A DNA stretch of 64,000 nucleotides from Escherichia coli (GTDB lineage Bacteria; Pseudomonadota; Gammaproteobacteria; Enterobacterales; Enterobacteriaceae): the NCBI RefSeq assembly GCF_024502345.1, contig NZ_JALDNN010000001.1; one strand, 5' to 3'. Below are positions 40,123-51,276 of this stretch, in pieces. How positions within the stretch are numbered: position 1 is the first letter of the stretch; each line of letters starts with the position of its first letter. Made by a program: the position numbers and the translations under genes. The notes under the pieces were generated by a model. It was not told the origin of the DNA. It searched no databases and worked only from the letters and a program-made list of their open reading frames with translations.

Positions 40123-41061
40123 TTAGCGGCTCAACTGGCTAATCAGGGCAGGGACGACTTTGTAGATATCGCCCACCAGACCGTAGTCGGCATAGTTGAA
40201 GATTGGCGCATTTTTATCTTTATTGATGGCGACAATCACTTTTGCGCCGTTGCCGCCAACCATATGTTGGATCTGCCCGGAGATCCCCAGCGTCAGGTAG
40301 AGATCGGATTTCAGCAACACGCCGGAGACACCGATATAACGTTCACGCTCCATCCAGTTCTCGCCTTCGGCAATTGGACGTGAACAGCCGACTTCAGCAT
40401 TCAGCACCGCCGCCAGTTCGTGGACCATTTTCAGGTCATCCTGCGCTGCCAGACCACGACCGACGCCAACCACACGTTTTGCTTTGCTCAGGTCCACGCT
40501 GCTTGCGGCTTTCGCACGGCGTTCGCGACAGAGAATTTCATGACGCGGAGCAACGTAAGGTACCGTTTCTGTCGGGCACTGATGAGAGGTATCACTGGTG
40601 CACGGTTCCTGAACACCGGGTGCAAGGGTAATGATCGCCAGCGAGCTGTTGATCTTTTCCTGAGCGAACGCTAACCCGCCATACATCCGGTGTTCGGCGC
40701 AAATGTGACCATCGACAATATCCACCGCCGTGGCATCGTTCACCAGCGCCGCATTCAGTTGCACACTTAACCGTGCTGCCAGCGCTTTACCACGTTTCGT
40801 CGCGGCCAGTAGCAACATAGCGGGGTGTTTATCTTTCAGCAGAGCAGCAATGCTTTCGGCGTAATTTTCAGTGCGTTGCAGCGCGTCGTTTTGCTCAAGA
40901 ACATAAATACATTTTGGACCATAAGGCATAACTGCCTGCGCCTGGTCGGTATTTTGTACAATGGCATACACCTGTTGGCCCCATTGCTGAGCGCCGCCAA
41001 ACAGTTCAGCATAACGTTCAGGATTATCGCTAAAGACCCAGACGCTGTTTAATTGACTCAT
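40123..41061 (-). CDS. ydiR: Electron transfer flavoprotein alpha subunit
   Basis: 312-aa ORF; ETF alpha (FixB-like). Confidence 0.93.
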   Translation of the reverse strand: MSQLNSVWVFSDNPERYAELFGGAQQWGQQVYAIVQNTDQAQAVMPYGPKCIYVLEQNDALQRTENYAESIAALLKDKHPAMLLLAATKRGKALAARLSVQLNAALVNDATAVDIVDGHICAEHRMYGGLAFAQEKINSSLAIITLAPGVQEPCTSDTSHQCPTETVPYVAPRHEILCRERRAKAASSVDLSKAKRVVGVGRGLAAQDDLKMVHELAAVLNAEVGCSRPIAEGENWMERERYIGVSGVLLKSDLYLTLGISGQIQHMVGGNGAKVIVAINKDKNAPIFNYADYGLVGDIYKVVPALISQLSR

Positions 41062-41080
41062 CGTTTCTTCTCCGTAGGCT

Positions 41081-41845
41081 TCAGTTCAGGGCTTTCTTCA
41101 GATGTTCCGCCAGCTCGGCAATGGCCTCCGGCGAATCGTTATCGAGAATGATGTGCTTACGTTCTGTTTGCGGCGGTACGCGAATGCCGGTCAGTTCAGC
41201 AAGTGGTGCGCTCTGGCTCCAGCCAATATCACTTGCCTGCCACTGATTTACCGGTTTTTTACCCGCGCCGAGAATGGCTTTCATCGAAGGAATGCGTGGC
41301 ACGTTAATATCGGAGGTGACGCAGAGCACGGCTGGAACAGAGAGTTCAATAACTTCAACGTCATCTTCAAGCGTGCGTTCAATCACCAGTGTATTGCCCT
41401 GACGCTGAATAGCACTCACTGCATTAATCACCGGAAGTTGCAGAATTTCTCCGACCAGCAAGCCAACCTGCTGGGCATAAAGGTCGCCGGAACCTTCACC
41501 AAAGATCAGTAAATCGAAGCCGATCTTTTCAACTGCTGCCGCCAGCGCTTTTGCGGTATCGAGAGGCAGTGCATGCTCAAGTTGTGCATCCTGCACCATA
41601 TACAGGCTGTGCGGCCCGCGGGATAGCACGTCTTTGCGCACTTTCGAGTTCTGCAACAATGAGCCGCCAACGGTCAGCGCGGCTATCTCATCGTCATCTG
41701 TTGCAAGCTGGCTTGCAGCTTCAATGGCATTGAGATCGAACTGGCTGATTTTGGCGTCGGCATTGTCGAAATTCAGGGTGTATTCTGGAGTGACAACAAT
41801 GTCCTGTTCTTCAGGCACCAGCTTAAAGCAGGTTATTATTTTCAT
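41081..41845 (-). CDS. ydiQ: Electron transfer flavoprotein beta subunit
   Basis: 254-aa ORF from MKIITCFKLVPEEQDIVV; ORF-track 287-aa extension rejected. Confidence 0.92.
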   Translation of the reverse strand: MKIITCFKLVPEEQDIVVTPEYTLNFDNADAKISQFDLNAIEAASQLATDDDEIAALTVGGSLLQNSKVRKDVLSRGPHSLYMVQDAQLEHALPLDTAKALAAAVEKIGFDLLIFGEGSGDLYAQQVGLLVGEILQLPVINAVSAIQRQGNTLVIERTLEDDVEVIELSVPAVLCVTSDINVPRIPSMKAILGAGKKPVNQWQASDIGWSQSAPLAELTGIRVPPQTERKHIILDNDSPEAIAELAEHLKKALN

Positions 41846-42160
41846 GATTTCTCCTGTGAGTCGCATACGGAACCATCTCCGATGGAAGGTAAAAATGGCC
41901 TGAAAATAGTGTGCGATAGCGGTGCGGGGTTTTCGACGGAGCAAGCTGTTTTCCTTGCCAACAATCTTGCAAAAAAAATGCGATCGCTAAAACAAAAGTG
42001 CAATTTGCGGCAATATAGTTATTCCATGACCGTACAATCTTGCATTCAGTGTAAATAATCTTGTTTAGCTCTCGCTAAACGCGGTTGTATAACCGCAATA
42101 CACGCCGTATTTTATCCGGCATATATTGTTTTTGCTTGCTCATGGAATAGGGAGGTTGTC

Positions 42161-43072
42161 ATGTATCAACGCTGTTTTGATAACGCCAGTGAAACGCTGT
42201 TTGTCGCCGGTAAAACGCCACGGCTTTCACGTTTTGCATTTAGCGATGATCCAAAATGGGAGTCCGGACATCACGTTCATGACAATGAAACCGAGTTGAT
42301 TTACGTCAAGAAAGGGGTTGCAAGGTTTACCATCGATTCTTCGTTATATGTCGCACATGCGGATGACATTGTGGTGATAGAACGCGGCAGGCTGCATGCG
42401 GTGGCCTCTGACGTTAACGATCCGGCAACGACGTGTACCTGTGCGCTGTACGGCTTTCAGTTTCAGGGGGCTGAGGAAAATCAGCTACTGCAACCGCATT
42501 CTTGTCCGGTAATTGCCGCGGGGCAGGGAAAAGAAGTCATAAAAACCTTATTTAATGAGCTAAGTGTGATTTTGCCGCAAAGTAAAAATAGCCAAACATC
42601 TTCGTTATGGGATGCATTTGCCTATACGTTAGCCATTCTTTACTACGAAAATTTTAAAAATGCTTATCGTTCGGAGCAGGGGTATATTAAAAAAGATGTT
42701 CTGATAAAAGATATTCTTTTCTATCTGAATAATAATTATCGCGAAAAAATCACTTTAGAACAGTTATCGAAAAAATTTCGTGCCAGCGTCAGTTATATTT
42801 GCCATGAATTTACCAAAGAGTATCGTATTTCCCCTATTAACTATGTTATTCAACGGCGTATGACGGAAGCAAAATGGTCACTCACTAATACTGAATTATC
42901 ACAGGCAGAGATCTCCTGGCGTGTGGGTTATGAAAATGTCGATCACTTTGCCAAACTGTTTTTGCGCCATGTCGGTTGTTCGCCCAGCGATTACCGTAGA
43001 CAATTTAAAAACTGTTTTGCGGAACAAGAAATCCTATCTGAATTTCCTCAACCGGTAAGTCTTGTTGGATAA
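42161..43072 (+). CDS. ydiP: AraC-family transcriptional regulator
   Basis: 303-aa ORF with C-terminal AraC HTH; divergent from ydiQ. Confidence 0.9.
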   Translation: MYQRCFDNASETLFVAGKTPRLSRFAFSDDPKWESGHHVHDNETELIYVKKGVARFTIDSSLYVAHADDIVVIERGRLHAVASDVNDPATTCTCALYGFQFQGAEENQLLQPHSCPVIAAGQGKEVIKTLFNELSVILPQSKNSQTSSLWDAFAYTLAILYYENFKNAYRSEQGYIKKDVLIKDILFYLNNNYREKITLEQLSKKFRASVSYICHEFTKEYRISPINYVIQRRMTEAKWSLTNTELSQAEISWRVGYENVDHFAKLFLRHVGCSPSDYRRQFKNCFAEQEILSEFPQPVSLVG

Positions 43073-43076
43073 ATCT

Positions 43077-43108
43077 GGCGGCGCAGTTTGTTAAGAAGCT
43101 GCGCCGCC
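43077..43108. terminator. Bidirectional terminator between ydiP and ydiO
   Basis: Hairpin ggcggcgcag-tttgttaagaag-ctgcgccgcc. Confidence 0.65.
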
Positions 43109-43114
43109 TGCAGA

Positions 43115-44266
43115 TTATTTGTTCTGATAGTCTTTCAGGATCTGCCGACCTGCTACGTAAATCATAATTTCGTCTGTACCGCCGCCGATACGTTCACAAC
43201 GGACATCACGCCAGAAGCGGGAGACGCGCGCTTCATCGGTATAGCCCAGACCGCCCATGATTTGAATCGCATCATCAATGACTTCCATTGCGGTACGTGC
43301 GCAATACAGTTTTGCCAGCGCCGCGCTGGTGCGCAGTGACTGATGCTGATCGGCTTGCCATGCCACTTTCAGCACCATGTTGCGCATGTTGTCGATCTTA
43401 ATCGCCATCAGCGCCAGTTTTTCCTGGATCATCTGGTTATGACCAATGGGCTTACCAAAAGCGATACGTTGGTTGGCATAGCGGGCGGCATCTTCAAAGG
43501 CGCATTCGGCAAAGCCGGTGCTGCGCGCGGCGTTGATCAGGCGCTCCATCTCAAAGTTGTACATCACATTGAGGAAACCCATTCCTTCTTCGCCCACCAT
43601 GTCGCTCTCTTCAACTTCCACATTGTCGAGATAGACTTCGCAGGTGCTGAGCATATGCCAGCCGATTTTATGCAGCGGGTTAATCTTAATGCCGGGCTTA
43701 CTGGAGTCGACCCACCACAGGGTGAAGGCTTTTTTGGGATCTTTCGGTTGCGGATCGCGCGCCAACACCAGCATATACGGGTACTCTTTCGCACCGGTAA
43801 TAAAGGTTTTCTGTCCGTTGATGTAAACCTTGCCGTTTTTACGCGTGTAAGTGGTAGTGGCACTGTTGTTGTCTGAGCCTGCGCCTGGCTCCGTCAACGC
43901 CAGGGCATAGGCGGGATCACCCGTTTCCAGTGTGCTTTCTGCCGTTTTACGTAGCTGCTCTGCAGAACCGAAACGGCGCATACTGTGAATACATTGACCG
44001 TTGGTAATCAAAAATGCCGGAGCACCGCATTTTGACACTTCCATCAGCGCCAGCATCTGGGTAACGTAATCCGCAGGGATGCCGCCGAACTCTTCCGGCA
44101 CACCAAGCATGGAAATACCGTTATCCGCCAGTGCCCGCATAAACTCACGCGGGTATGTCCCGTTTTGATCGCAGGTGCGGAAATACTCTTCCGGAAAGTT
44201 AGTCGTAATCAACTCGCGAATACTGGCCAGCAGCAGTTCTTGTTCTTCAGTTAAAGAAAAATCCAT
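43115..44266 (-). CDS. ydiO: Acyl-CoA dehydrogenase family protein
   Basis: 383-aa ORF from MDFSLTEEQELLLASIRELI; ACAD fold. Confidence 0.93.
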   Translation of the reverse strand: MDFSLTEEQELLLASIRELITTNFPEEYFRTCDQNGTYPREFMRALADNGISMLGVPEEFGGIPADYVTQMLALMEVSKCGAPAFLITNGQCIHSMRRFGSAEQLRKTAESTLETGDPAYALALTEPGAGSDNNSATTTYTRKNGKVYINGQKTFITGAKEYPYMLVLARDPQPKDPKKAFTLWWVDSSKPGIKINPLHKIGWHMLSTCEVYLDNVEVEESDMVGEEGMGFLNVMYNFEMERLINAARSTGFAECAFEDAARYANQRIAFGKPIGHNQMIQEKLALMAIKIDNMRNMVLKVAWQADQHQSLRTSAALAKLYCARTAMEVIDDAIQIMGGLGYTDEARVSRFWRDVRCERIGGGTDEIMIYVAGRQILKDYQNK

Positions 44267-44279
44267 CGTGATACTCCTG

Positions 44280-45875
44280 TTAATGAGCCGCTTCAGGCAG
44301 GACAAAACCCATCGCCGCATCGATAAATAATCTTTCGTCCATCAGTTTGAGTTCTGGCGAAATCACTGGGGTGAAATCCATTTTGTCGAGAATATCTTTT
44401 TGTAAATCGACGCCAGGAGCGATTTCGATTAAATGCAGGCCGTCTTCTTTCAGCGTGAATACAGCACGTTCTGTGATGTAACGAACATCCAGTCCCCGTT
44501 CGAGCGCGATTTTTCCGCTGAAAGTAATTTCCGGTAGTTCCCGAATAAATTTCTTCACCCGTCCTTCCTGGACGATATTTAATTTGCCGTCGGTAATTTC
44601 TGTTTTTAAACTGCCCGCAGTTAACGTGCCGCAGAAAATAATTTTCTTCGAGGTGGCACTGATATCAATAAATCCACCGGTACCCATGATTTTGCCATTG
44701 AATTTATGCACGCCGACGTTACCGTGCTGGTCGACTTCAGCAAAACTCAAATAACAAACATCCAGACCGCCACCGTGATAAAAATCAAACTGGGACGTCA
44801 TATCCAGAATGGCACGGGTATTCACGTTCGCGCCAAAGGCGATCCCCTGTGAAGTAATTCCGCCAATCGGACCTGTTTCTACCGTCAGAATAAAGTCATC
44901 AGCACAACCTTCTTCTCGGGCGACCAGGCCAATGCCGTCAGCAATACCGACGCCGACATTCCCCACCGCGCCTTTACGCATTTCGAATAATGCGCGCCGC
45001 GCAACTAATTTACGTTGGTTTAGGGGCAGGCTAAGTTTGATACTGTCATCAAGGGTGAAGTCACCAGAAATAAAGCGGTTAACCGGTGCACCGCCATACA
45101 GTTGGCTTTGATCCGGATCGACCACCACAATATCCACCAGATAACCCGGAATACGGACAGATTTAGGATGCAGCGTGGCTTTCTTAACCATTTTCTGCAC
45201 CTGCATCATCACAATACCGCCGTTATTGTGCACCGCCTGGGCAATAACCAATGCGTCGAGATACATCACCTCATCTTCAAAAGTGGCGTAGCCTTCACTG
45301 TCGCAGGTGGTAGCGCGAATGAAGGCGATATCTGGCGCAATCGCTTTGTAATAGAGATATTCTTTGTTATCAAACTCGACCAGTTTAATCAGGTCTTCTT
45401 TCGTGACTTCATTCAGTTTGCCGCCTTGCTGGCGTGGATCGACAAATGTCCCGATGCCAATATCACTAATAATACCAGGCTGGTGGGCTGCGGCGGCGCG
45501 TAAGGTTTGTGTAAGTACACCTTGTGGATAGTTATAAGCAATAATTTTATTTTGTTCTGCGAGTTCAGAAATACGCGGCGATTGTCCCCAGTGACCACAT
45601 AATGCCCATTTCACCAGACCTTCTTGCGCCAGAGGACTAATACCACGGTCGGCGCGATCGCCAAGCCCTGTCGGACTAATAATCGATAAATTACGTGGCG
45701 TTTGAGTCTGTTTATATTTATCAGCAAGAGCTGTAATTAACGTGGTGGCTTCCAGAATACCGCCGCCAGCGCCTAACACACAAAGTGTTGCTTCGTCGGG
45801 AATATAATTCACCGCTTCCTGTGCCGACAGGACCGGCACTCGTCCATTAATACGAGGTGGTTTTACAGGTTTCAT
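44280..45875 (-). CDS. ydiF: Acetate/acyl-CoA:acetoacetate CoA-transferase (fused alpha/beta)
   Basis: 531-aa ORF; family I CoA transferase. Confidence 0.93.
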   Translation of the reverse strand: MKPVKPPRINGRVPVLSAQEAVNYIPDEATLCVLGAGGGILEATTLITALADKYKQTQTPRNLSIISPTGLGDRADRGISPLAQEGLVKWALCGHWGQSPRISELAEQNKIIAYNYPQGVLTQTLRAAAAHQPGIISDIGIGTFVDPRQQGGKLNEVTKEDLIKLVEFDNKEYLYYKAIAPDIAFIRATTCDSEGYATFEDEVMYLDALVIAQAVHNNGGIVMMQVQKMVKKATLHPKSVRIPGYLVDIVVVDPDQSQLYGGAPVNRFISGDFTLDDSIKLSLPLNQRKLVARRALFEMRKGAVGNVGVGIADGIGLVAREEGCADDFILTVETGPIGGITSQGIAFGANVNTRAILDMTSQFDFYHGGGLDVCYLSFAEVDQHGNVGVHKFNGKIMGTGGFIDISATSKKIIFCGTLTAGSLKTEITDGKLNIVQEGRVKKFIRELPEITFSGKIALERGLDVRYITERAVFTLKEDGLHLIEIAPGVDLQKDILDKMDFTPVISPELKLMDERLFIDAAMGFVLPEAAH

Positions 45876-45981
45876 TGTTAATTCCTGATTCAGATGTGAT
45901 TTTCCCTACGCCAGATGGAGAATTAGCGCACAGAGACTCACGAAATATTTTTATTAAATACGGTTAAATATATTTTTTAAG

Positions 45982-46008
45982 TTCGGCGGGGAGGGTGTTC
46001 CCGCCGAA
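45982..46008 (-). terminator. Hairpin downstream of aroD
   Basis: Inverted repeat ttcggcgggg-agggtgtt-cccgccgaa. Confidence 0.55.
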
Positions 46009-46018
46009 ATATTATTGC

Positions 46019-46777
46019 TTATGCCTGGTGTAAAATAGTTAATACCGTGCGTAAATCATTTACCGAGATTTGCCCTGGTGCAGAGGCTTTTTTTACCGCA
46101 CCAAAAGTTGCCGCCGAGCCAAATACTTCACCAGCCAGACGAGAAATTACGCCAGTTTTTGCCATCGACATCGTGATGATTGGACGATCGGCATACTGCT
46201 CCTGCATCTCCAGGGTCGCGGTAAGCAACGTCAGCACATCGCTGGTACTTTGCGGCATCAGCGCAATCTTAGGAATATCGGCGTCGAAGGACTGCATTTT
46301 GCGCAGACGGGCAATGATTTCTTCGGCTTCCGGCGTTTTATGGAAGTCATGGTTGGACATGACAACTTTCACATCATGCGCGTGGGCGTAGGCGACGGTT
46401 TCTTTAACCTGATCATCGCCGGTAAATAACTCCAGATCGATCATATCAACCAGGCCGCTGTCGATGGCTGCACGATTGAGAGCAATATAAGCCTCGGTGG
46501 AAATCGCCTGCTCGCCGCCTTCTTTGGCACTGCGGAAGGTAAACAGCAGCGGTTTTTCTGGCATGGTTTCACGGAGAATTTTTGCCGCCGCCATGACAGA
46601 CTCCACATTGGAGAGGTCGGCAAAGTGGTCCACACGCCATTCCAGAATATCAAAGTCCGCTTCACGATAGGCGAGAGCTTCGGATTTCACGCGGGCGATA
46701 TCTTTCGCCATCAGCGAGACGATGATTTTAGGTGCGCCCGTACCAATGACGAGATCTTTTACAGTTACGGTTTTCAT
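46019..46777 (-). CDS. aroD: 3-dehydroquinate dehydratase (type I)
   Basis: 252-aa [31 protein letters not shown]. Confidence 0.97.
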   Translation of the reverse strand: MKTVTVKDLVIGTGAPKIIVSLMAKDIARVKSEALAYREADFDILEWRVDHFADLSNVESVMAAAKILRETMPEKPLLFTFRSAKEGGEQAISTEAYIALNRAAIDSGLVDMIDLELFTGDDQVKETVAYAHAHDVKVVMSNHDFHKTPEAEEIIARLRKMQSFDADIPKIALMPQSTSDVLTLLTATLEMQEQYADRPIITMSMAKTGVISRLAGEVFGSAATFGAVKKASAPGQISVNDLRTVLTILHQA

Positions 46778-46807
46778 TTTTTACCCTTTCTGCACGCGGT
46801 CAGCCTG

Positions 46808-47674
46808 TCAGGCACCGAACCCCATGACCTGTTTAACATATTCCAGAGGGAAATCTTTGCCAGTCCATAACGTGAACTGTTCAGCCCCTTGCCACAACAA
46901 CATGCCGTATCCATCAATCGTTTTGCAACCAGCTTGTTGCGCCTGCTGCAATAACTTCGTCATATGCGGGTTATACACGCATTCAGTGACCAGCAGTCCC
47001 GGATGTAACAGACTGATATCATTAACTAATGATTCATTCTCAAGGGGTTTCATACCCACTTTTGTGCCATTGGTTAAAATGTCGGCGGAAGCCAGGGCTT
47101 CAGCAAAGGCTTGCTGATCGGCGAGATCGGTAACCGTGACGACACAATCGGTGTTTTCGTTAACCCGCTGCGCGAAGGCGAGGGCTTTATCGAAGAACTC
47201 ATCCCGACGGTTAAAGAGTTTAATTTCTTTTAAACCTTCAATTGCCCCCTGCGCGCCAATCGCCGTTGAGGCACCTCCGGCCCCTAACAGCACCATTGTT
47301 TTGCCTTTGATATCAAAACCGCTCTCTTTAATGGCGCGAATATGGCCCGTGCCGTCGGTGTTATAGCCGCGCAGGTAGCCATCATCATTAACGATGGTGT
47401 TGATGGCACCCACCAGTTTGGCTGCTGGCGTTAATTCATCAACATATTCACACGCCAGTTGTTTGTTCGGCATTGATATACCAGTTCCGCGCATTTTGAG
47501 GGCTTTTAATCCTTCAATTGCTCCGGGAAAACTATCGTTATCCACTTCAAAGGCCATATAGGTAAATGGCAATCCCGCTTTTTCTAAGGCTTTATTCTGC
47601 ATTTCAGGCGATAAACTGTGGCGGATAGGATAGGCCATCAGCCCAATCAATTCGTATTTTGCGGTAACATCCAT
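46808..47674 (-). CDS. ydiB: Quinate/shikimate dehydrogenase (NAD(P))
   Basis: 288-aa [38 protein letters not shown]. Confidence 0.96.
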   Translation of the reverse strand: MDVTAKYELIGLMAYPIRHSLSPEMQNKALEKAGLPFTYMAFEVDNDSFPGAIEGLKALKMRGTGISMPNKQLACEYVDELTPAAKLVGAINTIVNDDGYLRGYNTDGTGHIRAIKESGFDIKGKTMVLLGAGGASTAIGAQGAIEGLKEIKLFNRRDEFFDKALAFAQRVNENTDCVVTVTDLADQQAFAEALASADILTNGTKVGMKPLENESLVNDISLLHPGLLVTECVYNPHMTKLLQQAQQAGCKTIDGYGMLLWQGAEQFTLWTGKDFPLEYVKQVMGFGA

Positions 47675-47685
47675 AATTAACTCCT

Positions 47686-48951
47686 TTAACCTCTATGCTT
47701 AATTGTGTTTAACCGGGTGCTAAATTTACGCTCGCCAAACCGCACATCATTCTCAGGAATAATAAAAACGCGGTAATAGCGGATAAAAACAATAATTGCG
47801 GTAATCAGGGCCAGCAGCGCGAAAGTAAAATCGAGAACAATGATATATTGCAGGCCGATGTTCGACAGATAACCGGTAATCAGCGGAATAACAAAGTTAG
47901 CCAGTCCACCCATCATCATATAAATACTGGTGACTTTGGCTTTGCTTTTTGGGAAAAACTCTGACATGACCGAAACACCGAGCTGTAAAATGCCGCCAGC
48001 TGCTGAGAAACCGATAACAAAGGCGCCGGCATTACACACCAGTGGAGAAGGGTACAGATAGATAATGGCTGCTGTTATTGTTGCCAGTGCAGAGTTAAAT
48101 ACATTAGCCCAGATGGGCCGGACCATTTTTTTCAGTAGTGCGGCAAAAATAAAGACACAGACCAACGAGCCCATACTGTAATAAGAGATGGTTTTTAATG
48201 CCTCAGCTTCTGACATACCAGCAAAAGCCATCGCATATTTGGGCATCCACACCACAATCACATAAAAGGTCGAGAATGCGGCTACACCGAACAGTACCGA
48301 TGAAACACCTTCCAGCCAGACTAATGGTTTGCTGTTCATTTGCGGTAATTCATTAGCTACGCTGGCGTCCACCAACTGGCTGGGGAATTTGCTTTTCAAC
48401 AGCATCAGCGTGATCAGTACAAACAGAATACCCGGAATAATCAGCCCATAGCCGTACCAGATATTATTGAGCAACATATAGCTCACCAGCATTGGGTAGA
48501 ACATTTGCCCAAATGACACCATCGCTTTAACCAGTATGACCGCCGAACCAGAGGCTTTCGGAAAGCATTCCATGAGCGCGGGGTAGCCACCCGTATCCAG
48601 CGCTGAGTTAGCGATACCTACGCACACTGCCAGACCGTAGGCGAGAGTTAAATTCGGGCAAGCGGGAATACCAAAGAAGAATAGCAGATACATTATTACT
48701 GCCATTAATATCACCGCCCGACGACCAAACTTATCGGAGATCACACCGAAGAATAAAATACTGATCAATCGCCCCAAACCGATACCGGAAATTAAATAGG
48801 CAATGCCCGCGTTGTCAGTGGAAAACTTTTCTGCCAGAGATGTCATATTTTGGGCAAGCGTAATAACACTAATGCCGTGCAGGAAATAGCTGAAGTAAAT
48901 ACAAAGAACAGCCAGGATAAATGGCGTGCTGAAAGCCTTATTTTGAGACAT
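47686..48951 (-). CDS. ydiN: MFS transporter
   Basis: 421-aa 12-TM ORF from MSQNKAF; adjacent to ydiB/aroD. Confidence 0.9.
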   Translation of the reverse strand: MSQNKAFSTPFILAVLCIYFSYFLHGISVITLAQNMTSLAEKFSTDNAGIAYLISGIGLGRLISILFFGVISDKFGRRAVILMAVIMYLLFFFGIPACPNLTLAYGLAVCVGIANSALDTGGYPALMECFPKASGSAVILVKAMVSFGQMFYPMLVSYMLLNNIWYGYGLIIPGILFVLITLMLLKSKFPSQLVDASVANELPQMNSKPLVWLEGVSSVLFGVAAFSTFYVIVVWMPKYAMAFAGMSEAEALKTISYYSMGSLVCVFIFAALLKKMVRPIWANVFNSALATITAAIIYLYPSPLVCNAGAFVIGFSAAGGILQLGVSVMSEFFPKSKAKVTSIYMMMGGLANFVIPLITGYLSNIGLQYIIVLDFTFALLALITAIIVFIRYYRVFIIPENDVRFGERKFSTRLNTIKHRG

Positions 48952-49177
48952 TTTCACAGCTCCTTGCTGAAAGATAATTTCGTTACCGTACGTATTGTTC
49001 TTCGACGGTTTACATAATTACTATACTGAAGATGATTTTCCCTGGGTACATGGCATAAAGTTTATGTTTCCAGGAATATTGCATGTCATAGTTTGTTTTT
49101 GATCGCGATTTTCCTTAGTTAGCGCAGAAAGAGTTATTTATCCGTAAGATCTTGCATGACCTGAAAAGAATATTGCA

Positions 49178-50392
49178 TTACCCACCCGGAGCGACATTTT
49201 CCTTTAGCGAGTGATGCCGCGTTTTTTTGCGGCTGCGTAAGCCGATAAACAGTGCCAGTAAAAAACCGATGGCAGCGATGGCGGTATCGAACCACATAAT
49301 ATCGGCAATACTTCTTTGGGACAGATGAGCCGTAATCAACGGAATAGTAAAGGTCGCAATACTGCCCGCACTGTAATAGATCCCTGTAGCTTTACCTTTA
49401 GCGTAAGGGAAACGTTCAGCCATTAACGTCAGGCCAATTTGCACAACACCTCCAGCAGAGGTAAAACCAATGACAAAAGCAAATATTATCACCACATAAA
49501 ATGTGGGATGCAGGCAGACGGTAAACAGAGCAATAAATGAGATAAAGGTGTACAGCATCAGTAATGTTGTTGAGCGAACGGTATTACGAATGAGTGGAGC
49601 GGTAATAAATACACAAAGCAGCGAACCCACGGTGTAGATACTGAGTAGTTTAATCGACATAGTGTATGACATGCCTGCAACAAATTGTCCGTACTGTGCC
49701 AGCCACTGGCTAACCAGATAAAACGTTGCCATTGAGATATAGCCATATAAGGTATAACTGGCTAAATCGATAATTGAACAGCGATGTTCCGTAGAGCTGG
49801 TGGTTTTCTTTATGACAGGTAAGCGACGACCCGGATGGGGTGGGAACGTACAACGGTATAAAAACAGAGCGTTAATAAACATAATGCCTGCAGCAATCAT
49901 AAAGGACCAACCGAACCACAGTTCAGCCCACACTAACAGGCTAATGATTAGCGGTAATAAAAATTGTCCGCTGGAAACAAATGCTTTAATTAAAATATTG
50001 GCTGTCCCAGGTGAGCGTGGAAAAGCTTCCATCAAACTGGGATAAGTGCCTGCATCGAGAAAACTGTTTGCCATTCCCGCCAGAAAGCCAAAAACATAAG
50101 CGATAATGATGTTATTGGTGTGCAGGATGCCAAAAAAGAAGGCCATATAGCAGCACATCCCGAGCATGATAAAAGGGCGGCGACCAAAGCGATCGGATAA
50201 TAATCCTGCAAAAAGCAAGACACTTAATCGACCAATGCCCAGCGATGAGATAACTATCGAGACACCCGCGGCATTAGTCTGCCAAAGTGTCTCCAGCGAG
50301 GCCATATTCAGGCTCATCAAAATGACGCCCATACCATGCACCAGGTAATTAAAATACAACCCAAGTGCGGTAGGGTAATAGGGATTTTTCAT
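49178..50392 (-). CDS. ydiM: MFS transporter
   Basis: 404-aa multi-pass ORF; paralogous to ydiN. Confidence 0.9.
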   Translation of the reverse strand: MKNPYYPTALGLYFNYLVHGMGVILMSLNMASLETLWQTNAAGVSIVISSLGIGRLSVLLFAGLLSDRFGRRPFIMLGMCCYMAFFFGILHTNNIIIAYVFGFLAGMANSFLDAGTYPSLMEAFPRSPGTANILIKAFVSSGQFLLPLIISLLVWAELWFGWSFMIAAGIMFINALFLYRCTFPPHPGRRLPVIKKTTSSTEHRCSIIDLASYTLYGYISMATFYLVSQWLAQYGQFVAGMSYTMSIKLLSIYTVGSLLCVFITAPLIRNTVRSTTLLMLYTFISFIALFTVCLHPTFYVVIIFAFVIGFTSAGGVVQIGLTLMAERFPYAKGKATGIYYSAGSIATFTIPLITAHLSQRSIADIMWFDTAIAAIGFLLALFIGLRSRKKTRHHSLKENVAPGG

Positions 50393-50491
50393 AGGTTCTA
50401 CTTAGCAAAGGTGCTTTAAAAAGTGTAGCGATGTTGTGTCAGTATTCATTCATTATTGTTGTAACAACGACAATTCCTTTCTGTGGAAAAA

Positions 50492-50848
50492 TTAACAAAG
50501 CCGCTCCAGATCGTGTGCATATAATTCAGCGGCTACCGATTGATAGATCTTCCAGTCAATAAAATTGCCATCAGGGTAGACTCGTTGAAATGCGGTTAAG
50601 TCGGGGAAAAAACGCATGGTGTTGTTGCCGATGCGGTTATTTATTTTCTCTATGATGGCATGAAGATGTTTTTTTCTTTGCTGACGCATAGCCAACAGTT
50701 GCTCGACTACACGATCAGGAATGGCACACTTGCCATTTTCCCACTGACGCCAGCTTTCACTGTCACCGGTCTGGGCAATCCAGGTCGCGCATTCATCAAT
50801 AGTCATGGCAAAAATATGGCGGAGTGCCTGGAGTTCATAAGCGTTCAT
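50492..50848 (-). CDS. ydiL: Uncharacterized protein YdiL
   Basis: 118-aa ORF from MNAYELQALRHIFAMTIDE. Confidence 0.8.
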   Translation of the reverse strand: MNAYELQALRHIFAMTIDECATWIAQTGDSESWRQWENGKCAIPDRVVEQLLAMRQQRKKHLHAIIEKINNRIGNNTMRFFPDLTAFQRVYPDGNFIDWKIYQSVAAELYAHDLERLC

Positions 50849-50985
50849 CGTGTAATGGCTGCATGAAATAAACAATAAAATATAAATAACATTATCAGCC
50901 TGCTGACGGCTTGAAGAGAGTCACAGTATCTTGTGCAACATTATTGGAAAGAGTGAGGGGCGAGGTAGCGAAGTGGAAAAATGTT

Positions 50986-51091
50986 AAAAAAAAGCCCATC
51001 GTGGGAGATGGGCAAAGACTACACACAGCAATTCGTTGTTTCACTCAGGGGATTTCCATGCTTATAAATCAATATGTTGATTTATAACCGT
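50986..51091 (-). ncRNA. rprA: Small regulatory RNA RprA (Hfq-dependent activator of rpoS translation)
   Basis: Minus strand reads ACGGTTATAAATCAACATATTGATTTATAAGCATGGAAATCCCCTGAGTGAAACAACGAATTGCTGTGTGTAGTCTTTGCCCATCTCCCACGATGGGC followed by a T-run; between ydiL and ydiK. Confidence 0.9.
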
Positions 51092-51276
51092 GAGCTAATA
51101 GTAGGCATACGGACTTTTTGCGTCGATCAGATTCGTCTCATTAGTTTAAAAACTGTAAATAATTTGCGACAGGTACTACCAGCTGAATGGCGGTAAGCAG
51201 GAAAATATGGGGAAGAGCAAGCAAATATCAATTAGCGGGGGTTAACAATCAGGCGGCAGAGCCGCCTGATGAGAAA

